DNA from: an uncultured Verrucomicrobiae bacterium
GTDB lineage: Bacteria > Verrucomicrobiota > Verrucomicrobiia > Chthoniobacterales > JAFAMB01
Length of the DNA stretch: 64,000 nucleotides
Assembly: GCA_963762565.1 (NCBI GenBank)
Contig: CAVXLD010000003.1
Location: 672,001-736,000 of the forward strand
Direction of reading: 5' to 3'
This document shows positions 1 through 9,508 of this stretch, piece after piece. Below the pieces are notes generated by a model that saw only the letters and a list, made by a program, of their open reading frames with translations, had not been told where the DNA came from and searched no databases. Numbering within the stretch: the first letter of the stretch is position 1; every line of letters begins with the position of its first letter. The translations under genes were made by a program, and so were the position numbers.

Positions 1-584
1 GACTTTTGCCAGATTGGAGTCACTACCGCGCCAGGGCCAATGATAATTACATCGACCCCAAACAGAATAAGTTCGCGCCGAAGGCTCTCGGAAAATCCTT
101 CCAGACCAAACTTCGATGCGGCATAGGCGCCTCCAAACGGACCGGCAATCTTGCCACTGGCCGACGAAATATTAACAATCCTCCCAGGCTTCCCCTTCCT
201 TGCAGGATCCGCGCCCAGGAGTGGCAGAAACGCCTTCGTCACAATAAACGGACCGACAAGGTTGACCTCGAGTTGGCGCCGAAACTGATCGGTCGGAAGA
301 TAGCCCAGAGGACCTGCAACCTCGATCCCGGCATTGTTAACTAAGCCGTCCAGAGTACCCACCCCCAAACACTCGCTCACCTTTGCCGCCGCAGCGTGCA
401 CCGCGGCTTCGTCCGTCACGTCAAAAAGCAGTGGAACAAATCTATCCCCAAAGTCTCGCTGCAAACGTTCTGCATTGAGTTGACTCCGCACGTTGCCATA
501 CACTCGGAATTCGCGACTGAGCAGCTCTTTGACGCAGGCATATCCGATCCCGGTAGAGACTCCAGTTATGACAACGTGTTTCAT
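1..584 (-). CDS. Short-chain dehydrogenase/reductase (SDR), runs off the window edge
   Basis: Not in the ORF track. Manual translation from ATG at 584 gives MKHVVITGVSTGIG...LVNNAG...IVNISS...YAASK, containing the TGxxxGIG, NNAG and YxxxK motifs. Confidence 0.92.
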   Translation of the reverse strand, partial: MKHVVITGVSTGIGYACVKELLSREFRVYGNVRSQLNAERLQRDFGDRFVPLLFDVTDEAAVHAAAAKVSECLGVGTLDGLVNNAGIEVAGPLGYLPTDQFRRQLEVNLVGPFIVTKAFLPLLGADPARKGKPGRIVNISSASGKIAGPFGGAYAASKFGLEGFSESLRRELILFGVDVIIIGPGAVVTPIWQK

Positions 585-792
585 TTCGAGGGAAGAGGCT
601 TGACAGTCAGAAACGTTATCAATAGCGCGGCAGTTACTATCTTCAAATCTTCGAGGCGGATCCCAATAAAAAAAGCCGCCCCGGATAGTGCCGCTTGACT
701 AGTTAATCATTGAAACGTCAGAGCAAAAATGTCATTTTGGTTAGGTTTCCGGATGCTTTAACCGACCCCTTTACAATTCACAAGGAGTTTAG

Positions 793-1749
793 ATGAAGAT
801 TCTAATGTATTCAAAATGGGATGCGATCCCTGTCGTAGGCGGAGCGCTTCACTTTGCGTACGTCCTCACGTTTTTCTTGGTGTTTCCGCACGCGCCCTGG
901 TGGCTGCTAATTTGTATGGGGCTCATCTACTCGATGAGCGTTTCCTGGAACATCAATGGGATATCGCACAACCAAATTCACAATCCGTATTTTACTTCCA
1001 GAATTGTTAACCGGTTGTTTAACATCATGGAGTCGGTGACTCTGGGGATTTCTCAAACGTTTTATAAACATGTGCATCATCGTCATCACATGGGGAACAG
1101 CGATAGACCTGACGAGAACGGGGAATGCCATGACTGGATTTCCATCTATCGGCACGGACACGATGGCGAGCCGGAAAATCCCTGGAGCTACATTTTCCTC
1201 AGTTATCTTCGAGAAGATCCAAAGGCGATTTACAGGGAAATGATTAGGAAAAACCGGGTCGATGCCCGGTGGGGAATTGCCGAAATCGCGATTTTAGGAG
1301 CGACTATTGCTATCGGCTTGGTTTTAGACTGGAAATTCTGGCTCTTCTTTTTGCCGTTCTATTATTTGGGGCACTGTTGCACGTATCTTAACGGCTATTT
1401 CCTCCATTACGGGGGCAATCCTGACAAGCCGATCGCATGGGGTGTAAGCTCTTACCACCAGCTCTACAACTGGCTCTTCTTTAACAACGGTTACCACGCC
1501 GAACACCATTTTAGGCCAAAGTTACATTGGACCAAAATGCATCGGCTCCACGAGGAAATTGGCGAGCTGCAGCGGCAGGAGGGTGTTCGGGTAATAACGC
1601 CGCCACACGCGTTAGGATTCCTCGACCCAGATCTCCCCTGGTGCAAACCGAAGGAATCGCCAACGCTCCTTACCTCGTCTGAGGAAGCATCTACTGTTAG
1701 ACAGCTAGAGTCAGCCGTAACCGAACCAGCTCCACAATCGAAAGGTTAA
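793..1749 (+). CDS. Membrane fatty acid desaturase-family protein (copy 1)
   Basis: Three His boxes (HNQIH, HHRHH, HAEHH), hydrophobic segments, AGGAG RBS before the ATG. Confidence 0.88.
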   Translation: MKILMYSKWDAIPVVGGALHFAYVLTFFLVFPHAPWWLLICMGLIYSMSVSWNINGISHNQIHNPYFTSRIVNRLFNIMESVTLGISQTFYKHVHHRHHMGNSDRPDENGECHDWISIYRHGHDGEPENPWSYIFLSYLREDPKAIYREMIRKNRVDARWGIAEIAILGATIAIGLVLDWKFWLFFLPFYYLGHCCTYLNGYFLHYGGNPDKPIAWGVSSYHQLYNWLFFNNGYHAEHHFRPKLHWTKMHRLHEEIGELQRQEGVRVITPPHALGFLDPDLPWCKPKESPTLLTSSEEASTVRQLESAVTEPAPQSKG

Positions 1750-2187
1750 AGGGTAGGAGGCTGTTGAAGAACCGATCGGCTGTCGCGCCGCGCTATGACC
1801 ACTTTTTGGTCTGACGTGATCCGTCACCCAGAACGGAGGGGAGCCGCATTCCGTCCTCTACTGCCGCCGGCATTGTCGCAAACTCGGCGCTCTCCGTCCC
1901 AGCCGCGTATTAGCTGCGGCTCCCTGATCGCGTGAACAGACCACAAACGTGCGACCTCAAGCGGCGTGGTACGGTTCCGCCTCCGCAGACTACGGCGCGA
2001 CAGGTTTTCGGGGCGTCGCGGTTGTGGCACAGGAAAAACCGCTGCGCTCATTTTTAGATCGCGGATGCAGTCGGCATAGCAACCCTGAATGCGACGCCCC
2101 TCCGTTGGTCCTCTGGTAAAGCCCAGGATCCAAAAATTTCGCCTGTACTGTTGTTCAAAACTCACAGAAATGATTAGAAATACCCGA

Positions 2188-2598
2188 ATGACTACAAGGA
2201 AGAATTTCCCCCTAAAACTGGCGGTGGGGCTATTCGTAGCGATCCTAATCGATACAGTTCTGCAGCTGGTTTGGAAATCTGCGGTGGTGTCTTTACCTAG
2301 CGATGGATCGCCTTGGCTGAACGTGCAGGCCGCTTTGCACAGCCCTCTTTTTATGTTCGTCGTGTTGTTGATGCCGTGCCAATTTTTTAATTGGTTGATG
2401 GTTCTCGGCAACGCAGATTTGAGTTTTGCTCAACCCGTTACCGCGCTGAGTTATGTTTCGGTTTTTTGTCTGTCTGTCTTTCTGTTAAAGGAACCACCGG
2501 ATCTGGTTCAGATAGCAGGTATCTTATGCGTGCTTGCCGGTGTTTGGTTCATCAGTCAGACGGATCACGTCACACCGCCCCAGGAACGCGAGGCATGA
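2188..2598 (+). CDS. SMR/EamA-like small membrane transporter subunit (ArnF-like)
   Basis: About four TM helices; pattern ADLSFAQP...LLKE...GILCVLAGV. Start could also be 2170. Confidence 0.75.
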   Translation: MTTRKNFPLKLAVGLFVAILIDTVLQLVWKSAVVSLPSDGSPWLNVQAALHSPLFMFVVLLMPCQFFNWLMVLGNADLSFAQPVTALSYVSVFCLSVFLLKEPPDLVQIAGILCVLAGVWFISQTDHVTPPQEREA

Positions 2599-2930
2599 TT
2601 GGCCAAGCCGCAGTTGGTGTGCTTCTAGTGGTCATTTGCGCGCTGCTTGAAGGCGTGGCTCAGGTGTTCTTGAAGAAATCGGTTTTGAGAGCTGTCGGTT
2701 GGTATCTTTGGATTTCATTGGGCGTTGTGATTCTGCTGGTGGAAAAAGCAATCTATTCTGAAGCCTTGCTCTTTCTCGATGTCGGCGCCGCCTATGCGAT
2801 CAGCAGCCTGAACCTGATTTCGATCACGTTCATGTCGCGCTTTCTCCTTCGGGAAAGGGTGACGCGAACCCGCTGGATGGGGGTTTGCTTGATTTTTGTC
2901 GGCGTTGGTCTTGTGGCAGCGCGCGCGTGA
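2595..2930 (+). CDS. SMR/EamA-like small membrane transporter subunit (ArnE-like)
   Basis: ATGA overlap with the upstream gene; EGVAQVFLKK...FLLRERVTRTRWMGVCLIFVGV. Confidence 0.78.
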   Translation: MIGQAAVGVLLVVICALLEGVAQVFLKKSVLRAVGWYLWISLGVVILLVEKAIYSEALLFLDVGAAYAISSLNLISITFMSRFLLRERVTRTRWMGVCLIFVGVGLVAARA

Positions 2931-2932
2931 AG

Positions 2933-4066
2933 ATGGAAGCTTACGAGGTTGAGTTCCTGAGCAAGGCCTCGCAGATTTCAGCTGACCTGTGGGACACCTG
3001 CTTTCAGCCCCCAGTAGAGGGTCGCTGGTGGTATGAGGCCCTGGAACAATCCGGCATCGATGACCAGTTTACGTTCCTTTATGGCTTGATCAAGCATCTC
3101 GGTTCTCCGGTTGGAATAGCGCCGGTTTTCGTTATGGATATGCCGGTCGAAGAAGTTGCTCCGCAGGAATTCTTGCAGCTCTTGCGACTCATTGGGACGA
3201 TCGTGCCGTCCGTGCTGCGCCAGCGGACCTTATTTCTCGGATCTCCGATCCTCGATGAAGGCAGAGTTGGTCTCATTTCCGAGGCTAACCGGCGTACTGC
3301 CCTTCTTGCTCTGCAAATGGCGCTGGAAGCGAAAGCCGCCGAGCTTCGTGCTTCTCTGATTGTGTGGAAAGATCTTCCTGAGAGCGCTTCTGCCGATATG
3401 CGCTGGCTCTCCCAAAGGCGAAGGCTTTTTCGCGTAGTTAGCCTGCCAAACACGCTCTTAGAATTGCCTTCACATCGCAAAGAGGACTATTTCGCGGCCC
3501 TGAAGAGGTCCAGACGGTACAACCTGAAGAGCAAGCTTAAGCGTAGTAGGGAGCAGGTAGCGCTTAGTGTAGAAGTCGTCCAGCGTCCAGACGCAAAGAC
3601 GCTCGACAAAATTTTTGGCTTATTTTCGCAAACCTATGAAAAAGCGACTTCAAAATTTGAAAGACTTAGTCGTAAGTTTTTTGAAGTCTTCGCTGAGAAA
3701 GAGGCCGCACTTTTTATCATCCTCCGGGAAGAAGCCACCGGCGAGATGGTGGCATTCAGGCTCTGTTTCGCCAAGGGTGAGCGGCTGGTCAATTTGTACA
3801 TTGGCATGGACTACGGCCGGCCGAAAGAGTGGATGCTTTTTTTCCGCTTATGGGAAGCCGCGGTCGATGTCGCTTTAGACCGCGGTTTTACAGCCATTGT
3901 CAGCGGTCGATCGTCTTATGACGTGAAAATTGAAACGGGCCATAAGCTGGTTCCGCTCAACAACTATTGCCACCACACCAACGTTATTTTACACGCGATC
4001 TACCGTGTGGTCGCGCAGAGAGTCGACTGGGCCTCGCTCGACGAGGCCCTTGCTCGCGTCATGTAG
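2933..4066 (+). CDS. GNAT/FemAB-like acyltransferase
   Basis: EDYFAALKRSRRYNLKSKL and YIGMDY...GRSSYDVK resemble FemAB-like GNAT proteins; immediately follows the SMR pair. Confidence 0.72.
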   Translation: MEAYEVEFLSKASQISADLWDTCFQPPVEGRWWYEALEQSGIDDQFTFLYGLIKHLGSPVGIAPVFVMDMPVEEVAPQEFLQLLRLIGTIVPSVLRQRTLFLGSPILDEGRVGLISEANRRTALLALQMALEAKAAELRASLIVWKDLPESASADMRWLSQRRRLFRVVSLPNTLLELPSHRKEDYFAALKRSRRYNLKSKLKRSREQVALSVEVVQRPDAKTLDKIFGLFSQTYEKATSKFERLSRKFFEVFAEKEAALFIILREEATGEMVAFRLCFAKGERLVNLYIGMDYGRPKEWMLFFRLWEAAVDVALDRGFTAIVSGRSSYDVKIETGHKLVPLNNYCHHTNVILHAIYRVVAQRVDWASLDEALARVM

Positions 4067-4078
4067 GGGCGGCGGGTT

Positions 4079-4206
4079 CGCCTGAGGCTCGCCCGCAATA
4101 GCAAATAGAAAATCGCAAATAGCAAATCGGGGATACACGCTACCCACCGTTGTGTTGCTGGAATTTTTGCTATTTGCTATCTGCTATCCTGGGCGAGCCT
4201 CAGGCG
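4079..4206. repeat. Palindromic element, family C, with AATAGCA heptamer arms
   Basis: CGCCTGAGGCTCGCCC ... GGGCGAGCCTCAGGCG termini enclosing (A)AATAGCA / TGCTATT arrays; lies between convergent genes. Confidence 0.85.
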
Positions 4207-4219
4207 AGCCCGCCATGCC

Positions 4220-5110
4220 CTACGCCGTCGGTGCTCCCTGCGTCTCTACTTCGGCGTCAGGCTTCGGCTGATTGGAATCGAGGAAACCGAGAGCGTGGGG
4301 CGGCTTAATCACGTGGACGCCGGCCTTAACTTGTTCTACTCGGATCTGCTCGTGCAGCTGATGCATCTTCGTCCAATGCACTTTCGGCTTGTAATGGTGC
4401 TCAGCGTGATAGCCGTTGTTAAACCAGATCGCGTTATACAGTTTGCCGTAGCTGCTCACGCCCCAAGCGATCGGTTCTTCCGGATTCCCACCGAAATGGC
4501 GGTAGTACCCATTAAGATACGAGAGGCAATGACCTAAATAATAGAACGGCACGTAAAAGAGCAAAAATTTCCAGTTTAAGATCCCGGCAATCACCGCCAG
4601 CGCGACCCAAGAAGCGATCTCAAAAACTCCGAAGTAGGCATTGAACGGTTTCCGCTTTTTGATCTCGCTATAAATCTGTTTTGGATCATCGCGGAAGAAG
4701 CTTAGGAAAACATAAGTCCAGACATTTTCCGGCAGTTCGTCATGCCCGTGCCGGTAAATTGAGATTGGATCAACGGTCTCACCAGTGTCATCCGGGCGAT
4801 CACTGTTTCCCTGATGATGTTTATGATGCACCAGATCGTAAAATTGTTGGGAGAATCCCATGGTAACGGAAAGCAACCAACTGAAAGCATAGTTTAGCGG
4901 CTTCCATTTAAAGTACGGGTTATGGATGAAGTTGTGTGAAATCCCGTTGATATTCCATGAGATGCTGAGGGAATAAATGAATCCCAATATCAGCATGATC
5001 CACAGGGGGGTATGCGGAAATAAGAGAAACAGCGTAACCAAATACCCCGCGTGAGCTATCGCGCTAAGCACGGGAATGGCGTCATACTTCGTGAATGCCA
5101 AAATCTTCAT
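4220..5110 (-). CDS. Membrane fatty acid desaturase-family protein (copy 2)
   Basis: HNFIH, HHKHH and HAEHH boxes. Shares SWNINGISHN, ISIYRHGHD, PIAWGVSSY and PPHALGFLD with 793..1749. Start MKIL matches the paralog. Confidence 0.88.
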   Translation of the reverse strand: MKILAFTKYDAIPVLSAIAHAGYLVTLFLLFPHTPLWIMLILGFIYSLSISWNINGISHNFIHNPYFKWKPLNYAFSWLLSVTMGFSQQFYDLVHHKHHQGNSDRPDDTGETVDPISIYRHGHDELPENVWTYVFLSFFRDDPKQIYSEIKKRKPFNAYFGVFEIASWVALAVIAGILNWKFLLFYVPFYYLGHCLSYLNGYYRHFGGNPEEPIAWGVSSYGKLYNAIWFNNGYHAEHHYKPKVHWTKMHQLHEQIRVEQVKAGVHVIKPPHALGFLDSNQPKPDAEVETQGAPTA

Positions 5111-5181
5111 ATAGCCGTTGACAGGCTTAACATAAGCGAGAACACTTGCAACTGCTTCCTCGCAGGAGGTTGCATTCCACA

Positions 5182-5625
5182 ATGCCTTCCCTTACATCCG
5201 AACCGGATCGCGCCGCTCTGAACGCCGAGCAAATCGTCCGAAAATCCGCCTGGTACGTCAATCCTTACGTGCACATTGGTCTGAACGTGATTTTCTGTTC
5301 GATTGCGCAAATCCTGTTCAAGGTGGGCAGCGACGCGACGCCCGGCGGATCGCTGCTAGGGTTCGCCAGCTTTGGTTCTTTGGCCGTGTGTTTGGGGATC
5401 GGATGCATGATAGCCGGACTGTTTACCTGGCTGCAAGCGCTACGTTTTGTGCCGTTGATCATCGCTTATAGTCTGGCAGCGGCGCAACAAGTCCTCATCC
5501 CACTTGGTTGCTGGTTTTTCTTGGGAGAGCAAATCTCGCTCGTGCGTTGGGTGGGAATTTTGGTGGTTACGTTTGGGATCGTCATCATCGCGCGGCCTTT
5601 GGCGCGGCTCGAGGAGAGGTTATGA
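5182..5625 (+). CDS. SMR/EamA-like small membrane transporter subunit
   Basis: AQILFKVG...PLIIAYSL...FLGEQISLVRWVGILVV; about four TM helices. Confidence 0.78.
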   Translation: MPSLTSEPDRAALNAEQIVRKSAWYVNPYVHIGLNVIFCSIAQILFKVGSDATPGGSLLGFASFGSLAVCLGIGCMIAGLFTWLQALRFVPLIIAYSLAAAQQVLIPLGCWFFLGEQISLVRWVGILVVTFGIVIIARPLARLEERL

Positions 5626-5957
5626 CCCTATTTTTCTTTTTGTTGCTGCTTATCTCAAACAGCAGCTCAATTGGCGGTCAGCTCTGTTTCAAGCGGGCAA
5701 TGGGCCATCCCGACGTGGTTGGTTGGGGGCGAGCTGGGTGGATCGGCGCCGGCTTGGTCGGTGGAGCGATCGGTTTCTTTTTCTGGTTGGCGCTGCTACC
5801 GCACTTTCCGTTAAGCAAAATTTTTCCAATCGAAGCAATCGACCGGCCGATGATGGCCGTGGCCGCTTCCTTCTTTTTGCGAGAGAAACTGACGCCACAG
5901 CTTATGCTGGGAATCGCCGTGATTACGGTCGGCGCGGTGCTCGTTTCCACAACGTAG
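5622..5957 (+). CDS. SMR/EamA-like small membrane transporter subunit
   Basis: ATGA overlap; GQLCFKRAM...PLSKIFP...FLREKLT...GIAVITVG. Confidence 0.78.
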   Translation: MTLFFFLLLLISNSSSIGGQLCFKRAMGHPDVVGWGRAGWIGAGLVGGAIGFFFWLALLPHFPLSKIFPIEAIDRPMMAVAASFFLREKLTPQLMLGIAVITVGAVLVSTT

Positions 5958-6098
5958 TTGCTCTGAGGCTTTCTTGGCTTCACGCTTCGGGAACACGTCG
6001 GGTGCAGACTCGGATGGGACTTATAGGACCAATGGGACTTATATGATCACGAACGCTGACTGTTGACCGCCCAGGAGCTTCGCCAAACCAATCACCAA

Positions 6099-6974
6099 TC
6101 ACGAATCTCCAATCACTTCCGCTACCAGCGCCGGCCAGATTTGTGCGGCTGCCGCTAAATTTAGACGCTGAGAGTTTTCCGTATCGGGCGCCGGTTTCTT
6201 CGGATGATCGATGAGCGCTGTCTGGCGTTGCGTCCAGCGAGTGAATTGGGCCGGCGAATGGGCTCCGCACAGATCACCTCCAAGAACGGCGGTGAACTCG
6301 CGAAGCTTGCTTAACGCCCAACGGATATCTTCGGGTGTGAAAAGGCCTTGTTCCCAGTCCGTGATAGCGGTCTCTGGTTTGAGGCAATCCATGTCGATAG
6401 TGACATAGATCGGGGTATTGATGAGCCCGGCGGCGAACTCAGCGAATCGGTCTTGCCAATTCTGGGGCTTGATACCTTCCCACCGCTTGTGAGCCGAGCA
6501 TCCGAACCGATCGATCCAGGGCCATACTTCTAGTCTGCCCGATCGTAGAGCCGTGTGATTGGCAAACCACCGATGAGGCGGATTAAGCTCAAAGTTAGCG
6601 CAACCCCAGATGGCGACTCTTTTTAGAAGCGATGATTCTAAAGCGCGATTCATCCAGGTACCGCAACACCAATGCGGTGGGCGTGTATCCCAATCGGGAT
6701 GATTATCGAAAGAGATCAGTACGAACGGTTGCTTGATCTGCCGTAGCCAGAGAGCCGTTAAATGATGGAAATCGCCGGATCCATAAAGGGTGAAGGGGAC
6801 TAGATCCTCACGGACGGTTTCGAAAAATTTCTCGACGATACTTGTGGGTGCACAGTAACGCAGCCTTGGGCCCCAGATGCGATAACTCAAGGTCCGATCT
6901 AATGTGACAGAGTTCGAGGGCCAAGCGCCGTCGAGATCGATATGTTGCGTGCGGGGGGCCGGGGTATCGTGCAT
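6099..6974 (-). CDS. Arginase/ureohydrolase-fold protein
   Basis: GSGDFHH, FDNHPD and YVTIDMDCL metal-binding motifs. Confidence 0.75.
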   Translation of the reverse strand: MHDTPAPRTQHIDLDGAWPSNSVTLDRTLSYRIWGPRLRYCAPTSIVEKFFETVREDLVPFTLYGSGDFHHLTALWLRQIKQPFVLISFDNHPDWDTRPPHWCCGTWMNRALESSLLKRVAIWGCANFELNPPHRWFANHTALRSGRLEVWPWIDRFGCSAHKRWEGIKPQNWQDRFAEFAAGLINTPIYVTIDMDCLKPETAITDWEQGLFTPEDIRWALSKLREFTAVLGGDLCGAHSPAQFTRWTQRQTALIDHPKKPAPDTENSQRLNLAAAAQIWPALVAEVIGDS

Positions 6975-6989
6975 CCTTGGCCAGCATTG

Positions 6990-7280
6990 TATAGGAGCCA
7001 GGAGTCAGAATCCAGGAGCCAGAAGAAGCGTATCGGCGTATGGGCGTATCGGCGTATCGGCGCGAGAGTGCGCTGGGTCAACCGGTAGCGTTTGAGAGGA
7101 CAAAGGGAATAGATCAAAGGACAAAATGCTGGGGTATCGGGGGCAGTCCCACTAGTCGCATAGGTCCCATAAGTCCCATCCGTGCCTGCGCCTGAATGCA
7201 TCCAGTTACCCATCGCGCTCTCACGCCCATACGCCAACACGCTTGTCCTCGCTCCTAGATTCTAGCTCCTAGCTCCTGTA
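6990..7280. repeat. Cluster of short tandem 7-9 nt repeats arranged as nested inverted arms
   Basis: AGGAGCC/GCTCCT arrays, GGCGTATC x4, GTCCCAT units. Confidence 0.7.
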
Positions 7281-7294
7281 TCTTTAGTGCCCAG

Positions 7295-8497
7295 ATGCTC
7301 TCCCTCTCAGACATTCAAGCGGCAAAACGGCGTATCAAGGGTGGGATTTACTATTCGCCCTGTCCCCACTCGGAACCATTATCCGAGGCGGTTGGCGCCG
7401 ATATCTTTTGCAAACTGGATCACTTGCAGAGGACCGGAAGTTTTAAGGAACGAGGGGCACGAAATGCGCTTTTGCTTTTAAATGACGAGCGTCGCGGGCT
7501 TGGAGTGGTTGCCGCGTCCGCGGGGAATCACGCGCTGGGGCTCGCCTATCACGGGAAACTACTGGGCATCCCCGTGACGGTCGTAATGCCTCAGTACGCG
7601 CCGTTGATTAAGATCACCACTTGCCAACGTTTGAGCGCCAATGTCGTGGTAGCGGGGAACAGCTTTGCCGAAGCTCGCGAGAAAGCCGATCAATTGGCCC
7701 AGGAAAAGGAGCTTACCTACATCCATGGCTATGATGATTGGAACATTATCGCCGGGCAAGGGACGATGGCATTGGAAATCCTCGATCAAGTGCCGGAACT
7801 AGATGCGATTCTCGTACCCATAGGTGGAGGAGGATTGATCGCGGGAGTCGGCCTCGCCATAAAAGCACTGAAACCGACAGTAAAAGTCATTGGGGTTTCT
7901 GCCGAAAACACGCCGAGTTTCGCGGCTGCTCTGGCCGCCGGGAAACCGGTTAGCGTAAAAAACGGGGCGACTCTGGCCGATGGTCTAGCCGTGCCGGCGG
8001 TAGGCGTTAACGCTTTCGAAATCGCTCGAGAAGTGGTTGATCAGTTCGTCGTGGTGTCAGAGAATGAAATCGCTCTGGCGATCCTCCGGATCTTGGAACT
8101 AGAGAAAAGCGTAGTTGAAGGGGCCGCCGCTTCGACATTGGCCGCATTACTCGGCGGTAAATTACCGGAGCTTGCGGGCAAACGTGTGGTCTTACCTTTT
8201 TGCGGAGGCAACATCGATCCGGGTGTCCTGAATCGAGTGATCGAACGTGGTCTGGTCGCTGATGGCCGGCTATTCCGGTTCATTGCCACAATTAGCGACC
8301 GCCCCGGGGGTTTAGCCGCCCTCACAAAGGTGATTGCGTCGGTGGGCGCAAGCGTGAAAGAGATCACGCACGATCGCACCTTCTGCGCCGCCGACGTATC
8401 GGCCGTGCAGGTGAGTTGTGTGGTGGAGACGAGGGATCAAGCGCATATCGAAGCCCTGCAGCGTGCATTGCGCGAGGGGGGCATTAAGTGTCTGTAG
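7295..8497 (+). CDS. ilvA: Threonine ammonia-lyase with a single C-terminal ACT domain
   Basis: SFKERG PLP lysine, SAGNHA, PIGGGGLI, GGNID, and DRPGGL in the ACT domain. Confidence 0.92.
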   Translation: MLSLSDIQAAKRRIKGGIYYSPCPHSEPLSEAVGADIFCKLDHLQRTGSFKERGARNALLLLNDERRGLGVVAASAGNHALGLAYHGKLLGIPVTVVMPQYAPLIKITTCQRLSANVVVAGNSFAEAREKADQLAQEKELTYIHGYDDWNIIAGQGTMALEILDQVPELDAILVPIGGGGLIAGVGLAIKALKPTVKVIGVSAENTPSFAAALAAGKPVSVKNGATLADGLAVPAVGVNAFEIAREVVDQFVVVSENEIALAILRILELEKSVVEGAAASTLAALLGGKLPELAGKRVVLPFCGGNIDPGVLNRVIERGLVADGRLFRFIATISDRPGGLAALTKVIASVGASVKEITHDRTFCAADVSAVQVSCVVETRDQAHIEALQRALREGGIKCL

Positions 8498-8534
8498 GGA
8501 AAGAGCTAGGAGAGGCGAACGCAGCTCTATCGCA

Positions 8535-8917
8535 ATCGTCCTCTTCCTCCAAGAGCGTGGCGGGCTGATGCGACGTGCGATCGCCCAGCGCCCGGAGGGG
8601 AGCCGCTTTGGCGTGTATTAGGTGACCTCGCGATATTTGTTTCAGCGCTCCCTTCGGCCAAAGAATATCGCAACAGGCGGCTCCCGCGCATAATCCAGCG
8701 GTTCGCAGCTTTCCGGGCTTAAACGAATCGAAAGTCACAGGCAAATGTTTCACGCTGGGTTATTCCCGGGAGCCGCCTGTTTTCACACGCCCTGGCCGGA
8801 CTAGCATTGCGACGAAATGTGCTAGGGCGGCGAGATACACGCCAAAGCGGCTCCCCTCCAGGCGCTGGGTGATCGCACATCGCATCGACCCGCGCCACTA
8901 TCGAGGACGAGGACGAT
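8535..8917. repeat. Nested palindromic dispersed element, family A, copy 1
   Basis: GGAGGGGAGCCGCTTTGGCG...CGCCAAAGCGGCTCCCCTCC arms with an inner CAGGCGGCTCCC...GGGAGCCGCCTG pair; inverted near-copy at 54198-54600. Confidence 0.88.
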
Positions 8918-8974
8918 GACCGATCCGCGCACACCCTCCTGGCTCCTAGATTCTGGCTCCTGGCTCCTTCTTCA

Positions 8975-9002
8975 TTGACCCCACTCCGGCGCATTCTATA
9001 TT
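8975..9002 (+). promoter_or_regulatory. Putative sigma70 promoter of the peroxiredoxin-acnA operon
   Basis: TTGACC-16 nt-TATATT ending 9 nt before the ATG. Confidence 0.4.
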
Positions 9003-9011
9003 TCAACAAAT

Positions 9012-9506
9012 ATGGCACTTCCAGTCGGTTCTAAAGCCCCTGACTTCGAACTCAGCAGCAAGAATGCCGAGGGTATTAAGCTGGTTAAGCTCAGCGACAA
9101 TTTTGGTAAGAACAATACGCTTTTACTCTTTGTTCCGATGGCTTTTACCAGCGTCTGTACATCGGAGTTCTGCAGTGTGTCCGAAGGGCTTGTGACCTAC
9201 GAAGGTCTCGACACGGTCGTTTACGGTATCAGCGGTGATAGTCCGTTTTCTCAAGAGGCCTGGGCCCAGGAAGAGAAGATTACGGTCACTCTGCTCAGCG
9301 ACTACGAGCACTCGGTGGCGAAAGCCTACGATGTGGCGTACACGAGCTTTTTCCCAAGCAAAAATCTCCCATTCGGCGGCGTAGCCAAACGCTCAGCGTT
9401 TGTGATCGATCGTAACGGTGTAATCCAATATTCCGAGAGCTCAGATGACCCCAGAGTCCTTCCGGACTTTGATGCGATCGGGCTGAAATTGAAGGAGTTA
9501 GTATAG
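9012..9506 (+). CDS. Peroxiredoxin, AhpC/TSA family
   Basis: [17 protein letters not shown] (PxxxTxxC); [14 protein letters not shown]. Confidence 0.88.
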   Translation: MALPVGSKAPDFELSSKNAEGIKLVKLSDNFGKNNTLLLFVPMAFTSVCTSEFCSVSEGLVTYEGLDTVVYGISGDSPFSQEAWAQEEKITVTLLSDYEHSVAKAYDVAYTSFFPSKNLPFGGVAKRSAFVIDRNGVIQYSESSDDPRVLPDFDAIGLKLKELV

Positions 9507-9508
9507 AG

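Noticed and set aside
6..698. + strand ORFs 6..344 and 396..698
   Set aside because: They are antisense shadows of the SDR gene on the - strand.
1758..1771. AGGCTGTTGAAGAA resembling an IS terminal repeat
   Set aside because: No partner inverted repeat or transposase was seen.
1824..2411. 195-aa - strand ORF
   Set aside because: Overlaps the SMR gene antisense and has no recognisable motif.
8484..8753. ORF with an apparent paralog at 54368..54637
   Set aside because: Both are translations of the family A palindromic repeat.
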